Of a stretch of 64,000 nt of DNA, positions 10,250 through 18,747 are shown one piece after another; position 1 is the first letter of the stretch, and every line of letters begins with the position of its first letter. The position numbers were made by a program, and so were the translations under genes. The notes under the pieces were generated by a model, which made no database searches, had not been told where the DNA came from, and saw only the letters and a program-made list of their open reading frames with translations. This DNA comes from a virus: positions 1 through 64,000 of the IMG/VR virus record IMGVR_UViG_3300044846_001842. One strand, written 5' to 3'.

Positions 10250-10951
10250 ATGACTACTAGGGAAATGCATTATGACTTCAAAAGGAAGTTTAATAAAATA
10301 GACAGTCAGAAAAACAGAAATTTATTAGTTCCTGAAATTGATTGGTTACTAAATGAAGCTTCAGAACTGTTTGTAAAGAAAATTGCACAACCTAAAACAG
10401 AAAATAGTCTTGGATTTGAATCTAGTCAAAGAATAATTGATGACATTAAAAGTATTGTTGTTCCTGGTGCTTGGTTACCTGTTACAAATAGTTTAATAAC
10501 CTTACCTGCAGATTACTTATATTTTGTAAGGTGTAGAGTAAGGTTATCAAAAAATAATTGCAAGTCTCAAGAAGCTGTACTTTATATTAGAGAACACAGA
10601 GATTTGTTTGAAGAAAGTACATTTTACAATGCTAACTTTGAATGGAGAGAAGTCAATGGAGTTTATAACTCTCAAGGTATTCAATCCTTTACAGATGGCA
10701 CATTTACAATAGATCAAGCTAAACTGACTTATATCAGAAAATGGCCTTATTTTCACAATGCTCAAGACTTCAATGGAGGTTCTTATGCAAACTTAGATGG
10801 GGTTGTCTTAACAGGTACAGTGCAATGTGACCTTCCTGCTCATGTACACAGAGAGATTGTTGATATTGCAGTTATGCTTGCAGCAAGTGAGGTACCAACC
10901 TCAGACTTACAAGTTAAAGCTAGTAAGTTAGGTTTTAATCAGATTGTTTAA
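10250..10951 (+). CDS. Head-tail ring/adaptor protein
   Basis: EIDWLLNEA, LPADYLYFV and CDLPAHVHREIVDIAV motifs of crAss ring proteins. Confidence 0.7.
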   Translation: MTTREMHYDFKRKFNKIDSQKNRNLLVPEIDWLLNEASELFVKKIAQPKTENSLGFESSQRIIDDIKSIVVPGAWLPVTNSLITLPADYLYFVRCRVRLSKNNCKSQEAVLYIREHRDLFEESTFYNANFEWREVNGVYNSQGIQSFTDGTFTIDQAKLTYIRKWPYFHNAQDFNGGSYANLDGVVLTGTVQCDLPAHVHREIVDIAVMLAASEVPTSDLQVKASKLGFNQIV

Positions 10952-10968
10952 TTAAATAACTAAAAGTC

Positions 10969-12132
10969 ATGAGTAATCGTAACAATGATGTTTTTTCAGT
11001 ACTCGTAGAGTCTGAATGTGATGGTAATTTCTTTAGTAGTGGAAATACTATTGAAGAGTTAAGTAATGGACAAATTGGTGCATTTGATGCAGCTACCAAT
11101 TTATCTGTAGACGCTTTTACTAACCCTATGCCAAATGAAATTTTCTTTGCACAGGCTTATCAAAAAAACAATGGAAGTACTGACTTCAGATTTTCTGCAG
11201 GTCAAGTAATTCAAAGAAAAGGTGTAGTAGGATTTACAGAAGTAAGTTGTACTGAAGGTTCTCCTATGGAAGTTACTGTAGGTAACTTTAGAGCAGAGTG
11301 TGATACTGAGTATGGTATCCGTGTAGAATTCCGTAATGCAAAAATCAACAGAATCCAAGGTTATAACCAATTTAGCAAAGCTTATATGGTTAAAACTCCT
11401 TGCTGTGATGATTGTGCTGAAGGATGTGGTAGCTTAGATGCTAACGTATTAAGCCAATTAATGGTAGCTGCTATCAATTCTGATGAATCAGGGTTAGTTC
11501 AAGCAGTGTTTGTTGCAAGACAAAGTATTGATTCTGGAGATCATGGTACTTCTACTGATTACTCTACAGGAGATGTAGTTTCTGCTGCTGACGTTGCAGA
11601 ATTAATTGTATTTAATTCTACTGCTGTAGCTGCTGACCAAGTATTTGCTGATTTTAAATTGATTAGCCAACCTTTGTCTATTGGTTCTTTCTGCCAAGTA
11701 AACTTACACTACTACAAATTATTAGAAACTACTTTGATTGTTTCTTTGATTGAAGGTTTTGGATGTTCAGGTGCAACTACTATTAATCAATATCCTACTT
11801 TTGCACAAGGTACAGGAATCAATATCCAACAAAAAGAGTATCATGCTTCAGGTTGGGCTGGTTCAGGACCATACAAATTGTCTCAAGTAACTGGTACTGC
11901 TTATGGTAATATTACTTACTTAGCTGATAAGAACACTTCTTATAACCAAGTTATCTTGGAGTATAACCAAAGTTCTGAATCAGGATGGCAAGAATATAGT
12001 AATCCTTTGAGTACAGTATTTGCATTCCCATGTGATAATGAGGATTGTGAAGATACTCAAGGTGGACTTGTAAATTTCTTACAAGCTTGGACTACTAACA
12101 CTCCTTTAGAAGTATTAGCTCCAATAGTCTAA
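10969..12132 (+). CDS. Auxiliary capsid/structural protein
   Basis: 387 aa, beta-rich; followed by a strong terminator; synteny. Confidence 0.55.
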   Translation: MSNRNNDVFSVLVESECDGNFFSSGNTIEELSNGQIGAFDAATNLSVDAFTNPMPNEIFFAQAYQKNNGSTDFRFSAGQVIQRKGVVGFTEVSCTEGSPMEVTVGNFRAECDTEYGIRVEFRNAKINRIQGYNQFSKAYMVKTPCCDDCAEGCGSLDANVLSQLMVAAINSDESGLVQAVFVARQSIDSGDHGTSTDYSTGDVVSAADVAELIVFNSTAVAADQVFADFKLISQPLSIGSFCQVNLHYYKLLETTLIVSLIEGFGCSGATTINQYPTFAQGTGINIQQKEYHASGWAGSGPYKLSQVTGTAYGNITYLADKNTSYNQVILEYNQSSESGWQEYSNPLSTVFAFPCDNEDCEDTQGGLVNFLQAWTTNTPLEVLAPIV

Positions 12133-12155
12133 GGAATTTAAAATAAGCTATTACA

Positions 12156-12197
12156 AAAAACATCTCTATACCCATAGAGATGTTTTTATTTTTTTTT
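12156..12197 (+). terminator. Rho-independent terminator
   Basis: AAAAACATCTCTAT-ACCC-ATAGAGATGTTTTT hairpin followed by a long T tract. Confidence 0.85.
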
Positions 12198-12198
12198 G

Positions 12199-12206
12199 TA
12201 TATTTG
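12199..12206 (+). promoter_or_regulatory. -7 element (TATATTTG) restarting transcription after the terminator
   Basis: TAnnTTTG immediately after the terminator, 20 nt before the ATG at 12227. Confidence 0.6.
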
Positions 12207-12226
12207 AACCTTATAAAATAGTTCTT

Positions 12227-12913
12227 ATGCCAGTAGCACACACATATACTAAATATAAAGATGTACATACTTTAACAAATGATACTAATAATTTAGTAAA
12301 TTATGTTATTATAAAAGTACTCTGTGATGAAACATCTATTATAAGTACAGGAGATTTACAACCTGATGCAAGTATTACTATTAATTTTCCTGTAGATGGA
12401 GAGTATGAAGTAAGTTTAGCAGAAAAGGAAGATAATGGTACAGCAATCATTACAATTAACACAGATTCTTTTACAATAGAGACTTTTAATAATCTTTTAG
12501 TTTCTTTTATTGCAGATGCTGAAAAACTATTATGTGGTTGTTCTAAGTGTGATGATTGTGAAGAATGTAATGAATGCCAAGATTATTTAGGTGCTCTTAC
12601 AAAAGCAATATCTTTTACTGTTTTAAATCCTGTTTACAATACTCTTGTAAATACAGGATTAAATAGTATCTCTTGTTCTTTAGGAGATGAAATGATTTGT
12701 TCTATATTGAATGAAAAAGTATTTGGTTCTTCTTCTGTGAAAGAACCTTTACTAAAAATACTTGCTAGTTATTTCTTAGGTTTTTATTATTATGACTTAG
12801 GAGAAGCTGAAGATTCTGAAGAAGAACAATATATAAAAGATAAATATAAATCTGTCAAAATGCTTAAGTGCATAACTAAACTAGGTTTTGACTTAACCGT
12901 GTTTCAAGATTAA
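12227..12913 (+). CDS. Cys-cluster structural protein (Ig-like N-terminus)
   Basis: Contains CGCSKCDDCEECNEC; lies in the structural module. Confidence 0.45.
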   Translation: MPVAHTYTKYKDVHTLTNDTNNLVNYVIIKVLCDETSIISTGDLQPDASITINFPVDGEYEVSLAEKEDNGTAIITINTDSFTIETFNNLLVSFIADAEKLLCGCSKCDDCEECNECQDYLGALTKAISFTVLNPVYNTLVNTGLNSISCSLGDEMICSILNEKVFGSSSVKEPLLKILASYFLGFYYYDLGEAEDSEEEQYIKDKYKSVKMLKCITKLGFDLTVFQD

Positions 12914-12924
12914 AACTAAACACT

Positions 12925-13854
12925 ATGGCAGGTATAGAAGAAAGATTAACAAGATTAGAAAAGATACTTAATAAAGTACTTTGCTGTGAGACCAATGATT
13001 TTACAGGTCCTCAAGGTCCTGTAGGAGCACCTGGGGAAGATGGTGCACCTGGTTCTCAAGGTCCTCAAGGTGTCCCTGGTCCTGTTGGACCTGCAGGATT
13101 AAACTGGATGGGTACTTTTGTTCCTTGTGTAGTCTACAGTCAAAATGATGCTGTAAGTTTTGAAGGAGCTTCTTACTTTGTTACTTGTGAAGACACTTCA
13201 GGTGGAGAATGTGAATCTCCTTATGATAATACTACTTGTTGGGCATTACTTGCTAGTCAAGGAGCTACAGGGCCTATGGGGCCTCAAGGACCAGCAGGAA
13301 CTTCTGCTACTATTCCACCTCTTACTCAAGCAAGTTTAGTTGCAGATACTACTTCTCCTCCTACTATTACAGAAGACATTAACTTTGTAACTTGTAATGC
13401 GAGTACAGACTCAATTACTTTACCTTCTCCTAGTTTCTTAGGACAAGAAATATTAGTACTTGCTCAGAATAATTTATACAACTTTTTTGTAAAATCTGCT
13501 TCTTTTATAATTGAAGACCATGGTACTCAATTTCCTGTAAACAGTCTTACTGTACAACCTAATAATACTTATAGATTTACTTGGAATGGTAAAGCTTGGA
13601 CTGCAGAAGCTATTAATGGTAGAGCATACAAGTTTAATAATTATGATTTAGTAAGAACTCTTTTTAATATAAAAGAAACTGAAGTTAACAGTGTGACTTC
13701 AGGAGCAGGAATTACTTTAGCTTATTTAAATTCTACTTATACTTCAGCTCAATATCCTATAGGGTTTAAAGTTTATTTTACTATACCTAAAACAGTTGCT
13801 ATTAAAATTAGCAATACAGATTGGGTTAGCATTAGTTTTGGAACTATTACTTAA
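12925..13854 (+). CDS. Collagen-like fibre protein
   Basis: Two Gly-X-Y runs (GPQGPVGAPGEDGAPGSQGPQGVPGPVGPAG; GATGPMGPQGPAG) flanking a small beta module. Confidence 0.8.
   Translation: MAGIEERLTRLEKILNKVLCCETNDFTGPQGPVGAPGEDGAPGSQGPQGVPGPVGPAGLNWMGTFVPCVVYSQNDAVSFEGASYFVTCEDTSGGECESPYDNTTCWALLASQGATGPMGPQGPAGTSATIPPLTQASLVADTTSPPTITEDINFVTCNASTDSITLPSPSFLGQEILVLAQNNLYNFFVKSASFIIEDHGTQFPVNSLTVQPNNTYRFTWNGKAWTAEAINGRAYKFNNYDLVRTLFNIKETEVNSVTSGAGITLAYLNSTYTSAQYPIGFKVYFTIPKTVAIKISNTDWVSISFGTIT
13006..13098 (+). repeat. Gly-X-Y collagen repeat coding tract
   Basis: About 10 consecutive G-X-Y triplets. Confidence 0.85.
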
Positions 13855-13865
13855 TATACAGTATC

Positions 13866-15098
13866 ATGGCATTACTAGAAATAGAGAGAATTAAAAAAGA
13901 TATTCAATGGCTTTATTATAATATGAGATGCTTACTTAATAAATCTGCCTTAGAGTCTCCTATAACTGCTACAGAATGGTCTAGTAATCATAGTGCATCT
14001 ACATACAATCAATATCAAATAGGAACTTTTGTTTGGTATCAAGGTAATATATATGAATGTATTGCAACTAATGATGGTTTACCTGTATCTTCTACTTTAT
14101 ATTGGAAACTTATTGGTCCAGGTCATTTACTACAAGAAGAACAAACTGATTGGAATTCTACAGGAGGAAGAAATCAGTTAAAAAATAAACCTACTTCTAC
14201 ATCTGAATTTATTAATGATGGAGAAGATGGTAGTAGTCCTTTTGCTACTATGAATGATTTACCAATGCTTCAAGATTTAGATTCAGTTCTAGGTGCTGGA
14301 GATACTGCAGAAGATAAAGATGCTAATATTAAAGAACTAGGGTTATATGATGATTACCAATCTAATGTTGTAACTCCTGGATTTGCAAAAGTGTTTGCAG
14401 AAAATTTTAAACTTTGGTTTAAAGATAAAACAGGAATTAACTTATTTTACATAGGTTATGGAGTAATTAGATTTTTTAAAGGTGTATATACTTTTAATAT
14501 TTCTACTTCTAATCTTACAGGTAATAGAACTGCTACTTTTCAAGATAAATCAGGAGTAGTTGCATATACTTCTGATATTGCTGCAACAACAAACTATGGT
14601 CTATATAGTCAAACTGATGAAATAGCTCCTGTAACAGGACTTACAGAGGGAACTTTAATAGGACCAGGCTTAGGTACTCTTTCTGTTCCTGCTAATGCTT
14701 TTCAAGTAGGAGATTGTTTTACTTTAAAAATGTCTGGTAAAATTTCTAATGCTAACAATGCTCAACTAATTATTTCATTAAAGTCTGATGGACTTATTAT
14801 AGGAACTACAGGTACTTTAACTTTACCGGCTACTACAAATAAAAATTGGGAGTTAAGTGCAACTTTTGTTATAAGAATAGCAGGTGTTGCAACAACTGCA
14901 GAATTACAAACTAATGGTAGTTTTATTTATAATAAAAATTCAAGTAATGCTTTTGAAGGGCAAATTTTTGATTATAATGAGTCTTTAAATTTTGACACTA
15001 CTATTACTAATACTTTAGAGATTACAGCTACTTGGTTAACTTCTAGTGCTACTAATTCTATTCATTCACATCAATTAAATTTAAATAAAATTTACTAA
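13866..15098 (+). CDS. Fibre/decoration protein
   Basis: N-terminal coiled coil, YQIGTFVWYQGNIYEC small beta module, QTDWN..LKNKP fibre repeat, beta-sandwich C-terminus. Confidence 0.6.
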   Translation: MALLEIERIKKDIQWLYYNMRCLLNKSALESPITATEWSSNHSASTYNQYQIGTFVWYQGNIYECIATNDGLPVSSTLYWKLIGPGHLLQEEQTDWNSTGGRNQLKNKPTSTSEFINDGEDGSSPFATMNDLPMLQDLDSVLGAGDTAEDKDANIKELGLYDDYQSNVVTPGFAKVFAENFKLWFKDKTGINLFYIGYGVIRFFKGVYTFNISTSNLTGNRTATFQDKSGVVAYTSDIAATTNYGLYSQTDEIAPVTGLTEGTLIGPGLGTLSVPANAFQVGDCFTLKMSGKISNANNAQLIISLKSDGLIIGTTGTLTLPATTNKNWELSATFVIRIAGVATTAELQTNGSFIYNKNSSNAFEGQIFDYNESLNFDTTITNTLEITATWLTSSATNSIHSHQLNLNKIY

Positions 15099-15235
15099 TG
15101 GCAGTTAAAGCAAACTCAACAACATTCACTCCAAGACCCAAAGTAAGTAGACCTGGAGTACATGCTAAAAGCAAAACATCTTCTATGAAGAACTCTAAGA
15201 GTTATAAAAAAGCTTATAGAGGTCAAGGGAAGTAA
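15098..15235 (+). CDS. 45-aa basic protein ending YRGQGK
   Basis: MAVKANSTTFTPRPKVSRPGVHAKSKTSSMKNSKSYKKAYRGQGK; TAATG overlap with the upstream gene; absent from the ORF track. Confidence 0.75.
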   Translation: MAVKANSTTFTPRPKVSRPGVHAKSKTSSMKNSKSYKKAYRGQGK

Positions 15236-15255
15236 TTTGTTTAAATCTTAGGATT

Positions 15256-15846
15256 ATGAAACAGCTTATATATATCTACCTTTTATTAAAACAATGCACC
15301 ATGGAATGGCTATCTCTTTATTCTAAGTACTTTATTAAACTAGGAATTAGTTTAAAAACAATGACCTCAAGTCCTATAACTGCTGTAGCAGGAGGAACTG
15401 TTGTAACAGTATCTGTATTTTCTTCAGTACAGAAGGCTATATTGCTTCTGTTTTTATTTTTTATACTTGACTTCATTACAGGAATTTTAGCTTCTTGGAG
15501 AGAAAAGAAACAGGCAGAAAAAGAGAATCCAAAACTAAAAGAAACATCCTTAATATCTTCTGACAAATTAAAGTTATCTGCTATAAAAGCTTTTACTTAT
15601 GCTAGTGCTATCTTAAGTATTTATGGTATAGAAAAAGTATTTTTTATTAAGACTTTTAAGATAGATACTATTAGTGATGAAAACATGACTATCACATTAA
15701 TCTTTGTAGGTTTCTGTTGTGCTATAGAGTTTTACTCTATTGTATTTGAAAACTTTAAAAGAATGGGGTATGACATAGTAAAGAAATTTACAAACACAGT
15801 AACAGGAGTTAAAACATTAATTTCCAGATTACAAAAACCAGTTTAA
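15256..15846 (+). CDS. Holin (phage holin family 4-like)
   Basis: ILDFITGILASW..ISSDKL..IEFYSIVFENF motifs and about 3 hydrophobic segments; true start may be 15301 or 15361. Confidence 0.75.
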   Translation: MKQLIYIYLLLKQCTMEWLSLYSKYFIKLGISLKTMTSSPITAVAGGTVVTVSVFSSVQKAILLLFLFFILDFITGILASWREKKQAEKENPKLKETSLISSDKLKLSAIKAFTYASAILSIYGIEKVFFIKTFKIDTISDENMTITLIFVGFCCAIEFYSIVFENFKRMGYDIVKKFTNTVTGVKTLISRLQKPV

Positions 15847-15858
15847 TAAATAATTCCA

Positions 15859-15866
15859 TACATTTG
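15859..15866 (+). promoter_or_regulatory. -7 element (TACATTTG); possibly yields a leaderless mRNA
   Basis: TAnnTTTG only 4 nt before the ATG at 15871. Confidence 0.5.
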
Positions 15867-15870
15867 TAGT

Positions 15871-16560
15871 ATGGAATTACTAGATAAAATTAAACAGCCA
15901 TTTAGTACTTTAAGTTTTGAAGAGAAAGAACATAAGTACTTTGTAGAAGAGGAACCAATAGAGATTTCAGTATCAGGATTGATTTCTAACTACTATGAAA
16001 AATTCAATGCACATGAAGTAAGTGCAAGGGTATCTCAGAGAACAGGAGTACCTCAAACTATGATACTTCAAGATTGGGTTGATATAAATAAAGAAGCTAT
16101 TGAAAGAGGACACAGAGTACACTCTTTTGGAGAACTTTATCAATTTGATAGAACCCTTACACCTTCTTGTCCTCAAGAAGAAGCTATTGTGAAGTTCTGG
16201 AAAGAGTTACCAGAACATATTATACCAGTAGCTGCAGAACTTAGGATGTACCACTTTAAAGAGTTATATGCAGGTACAGCAGATATAATCTTATTTGATA
16301 CAAAAACACAGACCTATATAATAGCTGACTACAAGACAAATAAAGACTTGTATAAGAACTTTAAAGGTAAAACAATGACAGGTATATTTAGTCACCTATT
16401 AGATTGTCCTTTAAATCATTATGTAATTCAGCTTTCTTATTACCAAATACTTCTAGAACAAGTAGGAGTTAAAGTAGGTAGAAGAGTTATTATATGGTTA
16501 GGATTAGATGGTAACTATACACTAATAGATACAGACAACGTAACTAATTTATTATTATGA
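15871..16560 (+). CDS. PD-(D/E)XK exonuclease-like protein
   Basis: GHRVH..E, AGTADII, IADYKT and YVIQLSYY motifs. Confidence 0.8.
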   Translation: MELLDKIKQPFSTLSFEEKEHKYFVEEEPIEISVSGLISNYYEKFNAHEVSARVSQRTGVPQTMILQDWVDINKEAIERGHRVHSFGELYQFDRTLTPSCPQEEAIVKFWKELPEHIIPVAAELRMYHFKELYAGTADIILFDTKTQTYIIADYKTNKDLYKNFKGKTMTGIFSHLLDCPLNHYVIQLSYYQILLEQVGVKVGRRVIIWLGLDGNYTLIDTDNVTNLLL

Positions 16561-16931
16561 AACACATTGAATTACACAGATTTAAAAAAGCTTTAGGAGT
16601 TGCCTTTGGTATTTTCTTTCCTTCTGATGCTAAAAAATTAGAGCAAAAGCAGGGTATTGGAAAACAACTTGATTTAGTTTTAGTTACTCCAAGTAGACAG
16701 ACTGCTACTGTAACTCATCTTAGAAAACTTACAGGTTGGACTGTTAAACAAGCCACTGCTTTTTTTAAAGAAGGAGACTATCCTAAAGTAGTTATTTATA
16801 ATGTAAATCCTAAAGGAAAACTAAATCCAGATGAATCAAAAGAAAAAAAAGCAATAGAAAAATATATGGATATAGAATTTTACATAGAAAATGTAGCTAC
16901 AAAAGATAATGTAATTTTCAAAATCTACTAA
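16557..16931 (+). CDS. Hypothetical protein with a ribosomal bL12 C-terminal-like segment
   Basis: LDLVLV..TATVTHLRKLTGWTVKQATAFF..PKVVIYNV resembles bL12 FDVIL..[30 protein letters not shown]. Confidence 0.4.
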   Translation: MKHIELHRFKKALGVAFGIFFPSDAKKLEQKQGIGKQLDLVLVTPSRQTATVTHLRKLTGWTVKQATAFFKEGDYPKVVIYNVNPKGKLNPDESKEKKAIEKYMDIEFYIENVATKDNVIFKIY

Positions 16932-16932
16932 G

Positions 16933-17634
16933 ATGTTTATAAGAGAAGTCATAGAAAGAATTCAATCTTTATACTCTAAAGGAGTATCCAGTGATGAGTC
17001 TAGGTTATCTGACAGACATGTCTATAACAAAGTCTTAACAGTTAGGATGCAACTTCTTGCACAACAACTTAAAAAGAAACAAAGAATTAGTGATTGGAAC
17101 TATTCAATCCTGCCTTGTGTAGAATTAATTAAAGTTCCTAATCATGAGTGTTCTTGCTTAGGAGATTTAGGTTGTGATGTGTACAGAACTAAATATGAGA
17201 TACCTAGAGTAATGACAGACTCTAATAGACACTATATTGACTTTGTAATGTCTGTTGAAAATGGAATGAGAATTGAGGAAACTACAAGACAAGGTGTACT
17301 TTATTTAAAAGGTAATAAATACACAGGAGTTAAACCTAAATTTTTATTTGAGAATGGATATTTGTACTTTCCATTAAAAAAGAATCCAGGAGTAGTAAAG
17401 ATTAAATTACTTGCTGAAGATCCTTTAATAGCTAAACACTACCCTTCTTTATGTGATTCTTGTCAAGATTGTACAGACTGTATTCCAGCTTATGATCATG
17501 AATTTGCTATTGATGGGGATTTAATTGAACCATTAATTGATATATGTGTACAAGAAATTATAGGTATATTTGGGCAGAGAAAAGAAGACCTCTCTAATAA
17601 CTCAAGAGATATACAAAGACCTGAAGGTAGATAA
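16933..17634 (+). CDS. Tail ring/structural protein
   Basis: ILPCVELIKV, FLFENGYLYF and LAEDP..FAIDGDLI motifs resembling crAss ring proteins. Confidence 0.6.
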   Translation: MFIREVIERIQSLYSKGVSSDESRLSDRHVYNKVLTVRMQLLAQQLKKKQRISDWNYSILPCVELIKVPNHECSCLGDLGCDVYRTKYEIPRVMTDSNRHYIDFVMSVENGMRIEETTRQGVLYLKGNKYTGVKPKFLFENGYLYFPLKKNPGVVKIKLLAEDPLIAKHYPSLCDSCQDCTDCIPAYDHEFAIDGDLIEPLIDICVQEIIGIFGQRKEDLSNNSRDIQRPEGR

Positions 17635-18107
17635 TGCAAAAAACAGATTTAAACATTAGAAGTTCTTACAAGAGATACTCCAAAGAAGTTGAGAATCCTG
17701 TAGAAATAAAAGAGTTCATTTCAATAGCCAATGGGTATATGGAATTTCTCATGAATAAAGTAGTTGAAGGTGAAGAGGTAACACTACCTGCAAGATTAGG
17801 AACTATCTTTATACAAGGTACAAAGAAGAAACTAAAATTCAATAAAGATGGTGTTCCTATGTTGCCTCCTAATTGGTCAGAAACTAAAAAACTTTGGGAT
17901 AGAAATCCTGAAGCTAAGGCAACAAAAAAGATTGTTTACTGTCTTAATGAAGAAACTGATGGGGTAGTATATAAATTACATTGGTCTAAGAATAGAGTGC
18001 CTATAGAAAATAAACTGTTCTATAATTTTATTTTAACTAGAGGTAATAAAAGAGCAATACATAATTCTATTAAACAAGGAAAAGAATATATAATTAAAAC
18101 TGAATAA
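17634..18107 (+). CDS. IHF/HU-like DNA-binding protein
   Basis: KVVEGEEVTLPARLGTIFIQGTKKK HU/IHF signature; an IHF-like gene is typical of the crAss structural module. Confidence 0.7.
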   Translation: MQKTDLNIRSSYKRYSKEVENPVEIKEFISIANGYMEFLMNKVVEGEEVTLPARLGTIFIQGTKKKLKFNKDGVPMLPPNWSETKKLWDRNPEAKATKKIVYCLNEETDGVVYKLHWSKNRVPIENKLFYNFILTRGNKRAIHNSIKQGKEYIIKTE

Positions 18108-18109
18108 CC

Positions 18110-18724
18110 ATGTCAAAATCATTACAAGAAAGACTTAATAGTCTTGAAAGAAAATACAGAAGTCTTTGTTGTAAGGCAAATTCAGAAACACCTTCTGCAC
18201 CTGCATATAAAGTGTTTACAGCTCTTCTTGCACAGAGTGGAAATAGAGGTGATAGAGATACTATATGTGATGGTGAACTAATAGTAGGAGTAACATATTA
18301 CATAAATAATAATGTTAACGGAGATTTTACAAATGTAGGAGCACCTAATAATACTAATGGTACATATTTTATAGCAACAGGAACAACTCCAAATAGTTGG
18401 GGTCTAAGTGCTTTATGTGACACACTTACTTTTGTTCCAGATGCTCCAGTAGTAACAGTATTAGAGAATACTATTGGGAATGTTTGGTTTACTTATGAGG
18501 TAACTGGAAGTTATGGGATTAACTCTAATGGATTATTTATTCCAAATAAAACATACGCAGATTTTAAAGTTGTATTTGGATCACAATGGGATAGAAATAT
18601 ATGGGAAAATTATGAAGAATCTAATTTTCCAAATACTCTTTTAATAAAAAATTATAGTTTAGATACTGGTGCTCCAATAGATGGTATTGATGGAGCAAGA
18701 ATAGAAATCAGAGTATACAATTAA
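18110..18724 (+). CDS. Fibre/decoration protein
   Basis: N-terminal ERL..LE..LCC module shared with the 12925 protein; YKVFTALLAQSG..VLENTIG..IEIRVYN beta domain. Confidence 0.55.
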   Translation: MSKSLQERLNSLERKYRSLCCKANSETPSAPAYKVFTALLAQSGNRGDRDTICDGELIVGVTYYINNNVNGDFTNVGAPNNTNGTYFIATGTTPNSWGLSALCDTLTFVPDAPVVTVLENTIGNVWFTYEVTGSYGINSNGLFIPNKTYADFKVVFGSQWDRNIWENYEESNFPNTLLIKNYSLDTGAPIDGIDGARIEIRVYN

Positions 18725-18747
18725 TATGAACCTTAATATAAGAAATA

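Noticed and set aside
15871-16560. Cas4 call for the PD-(D/E)XK nuclease
   Set aside because: Lacks the four-Cys Fe-S arrangement of Cas4, and no CRISPR context
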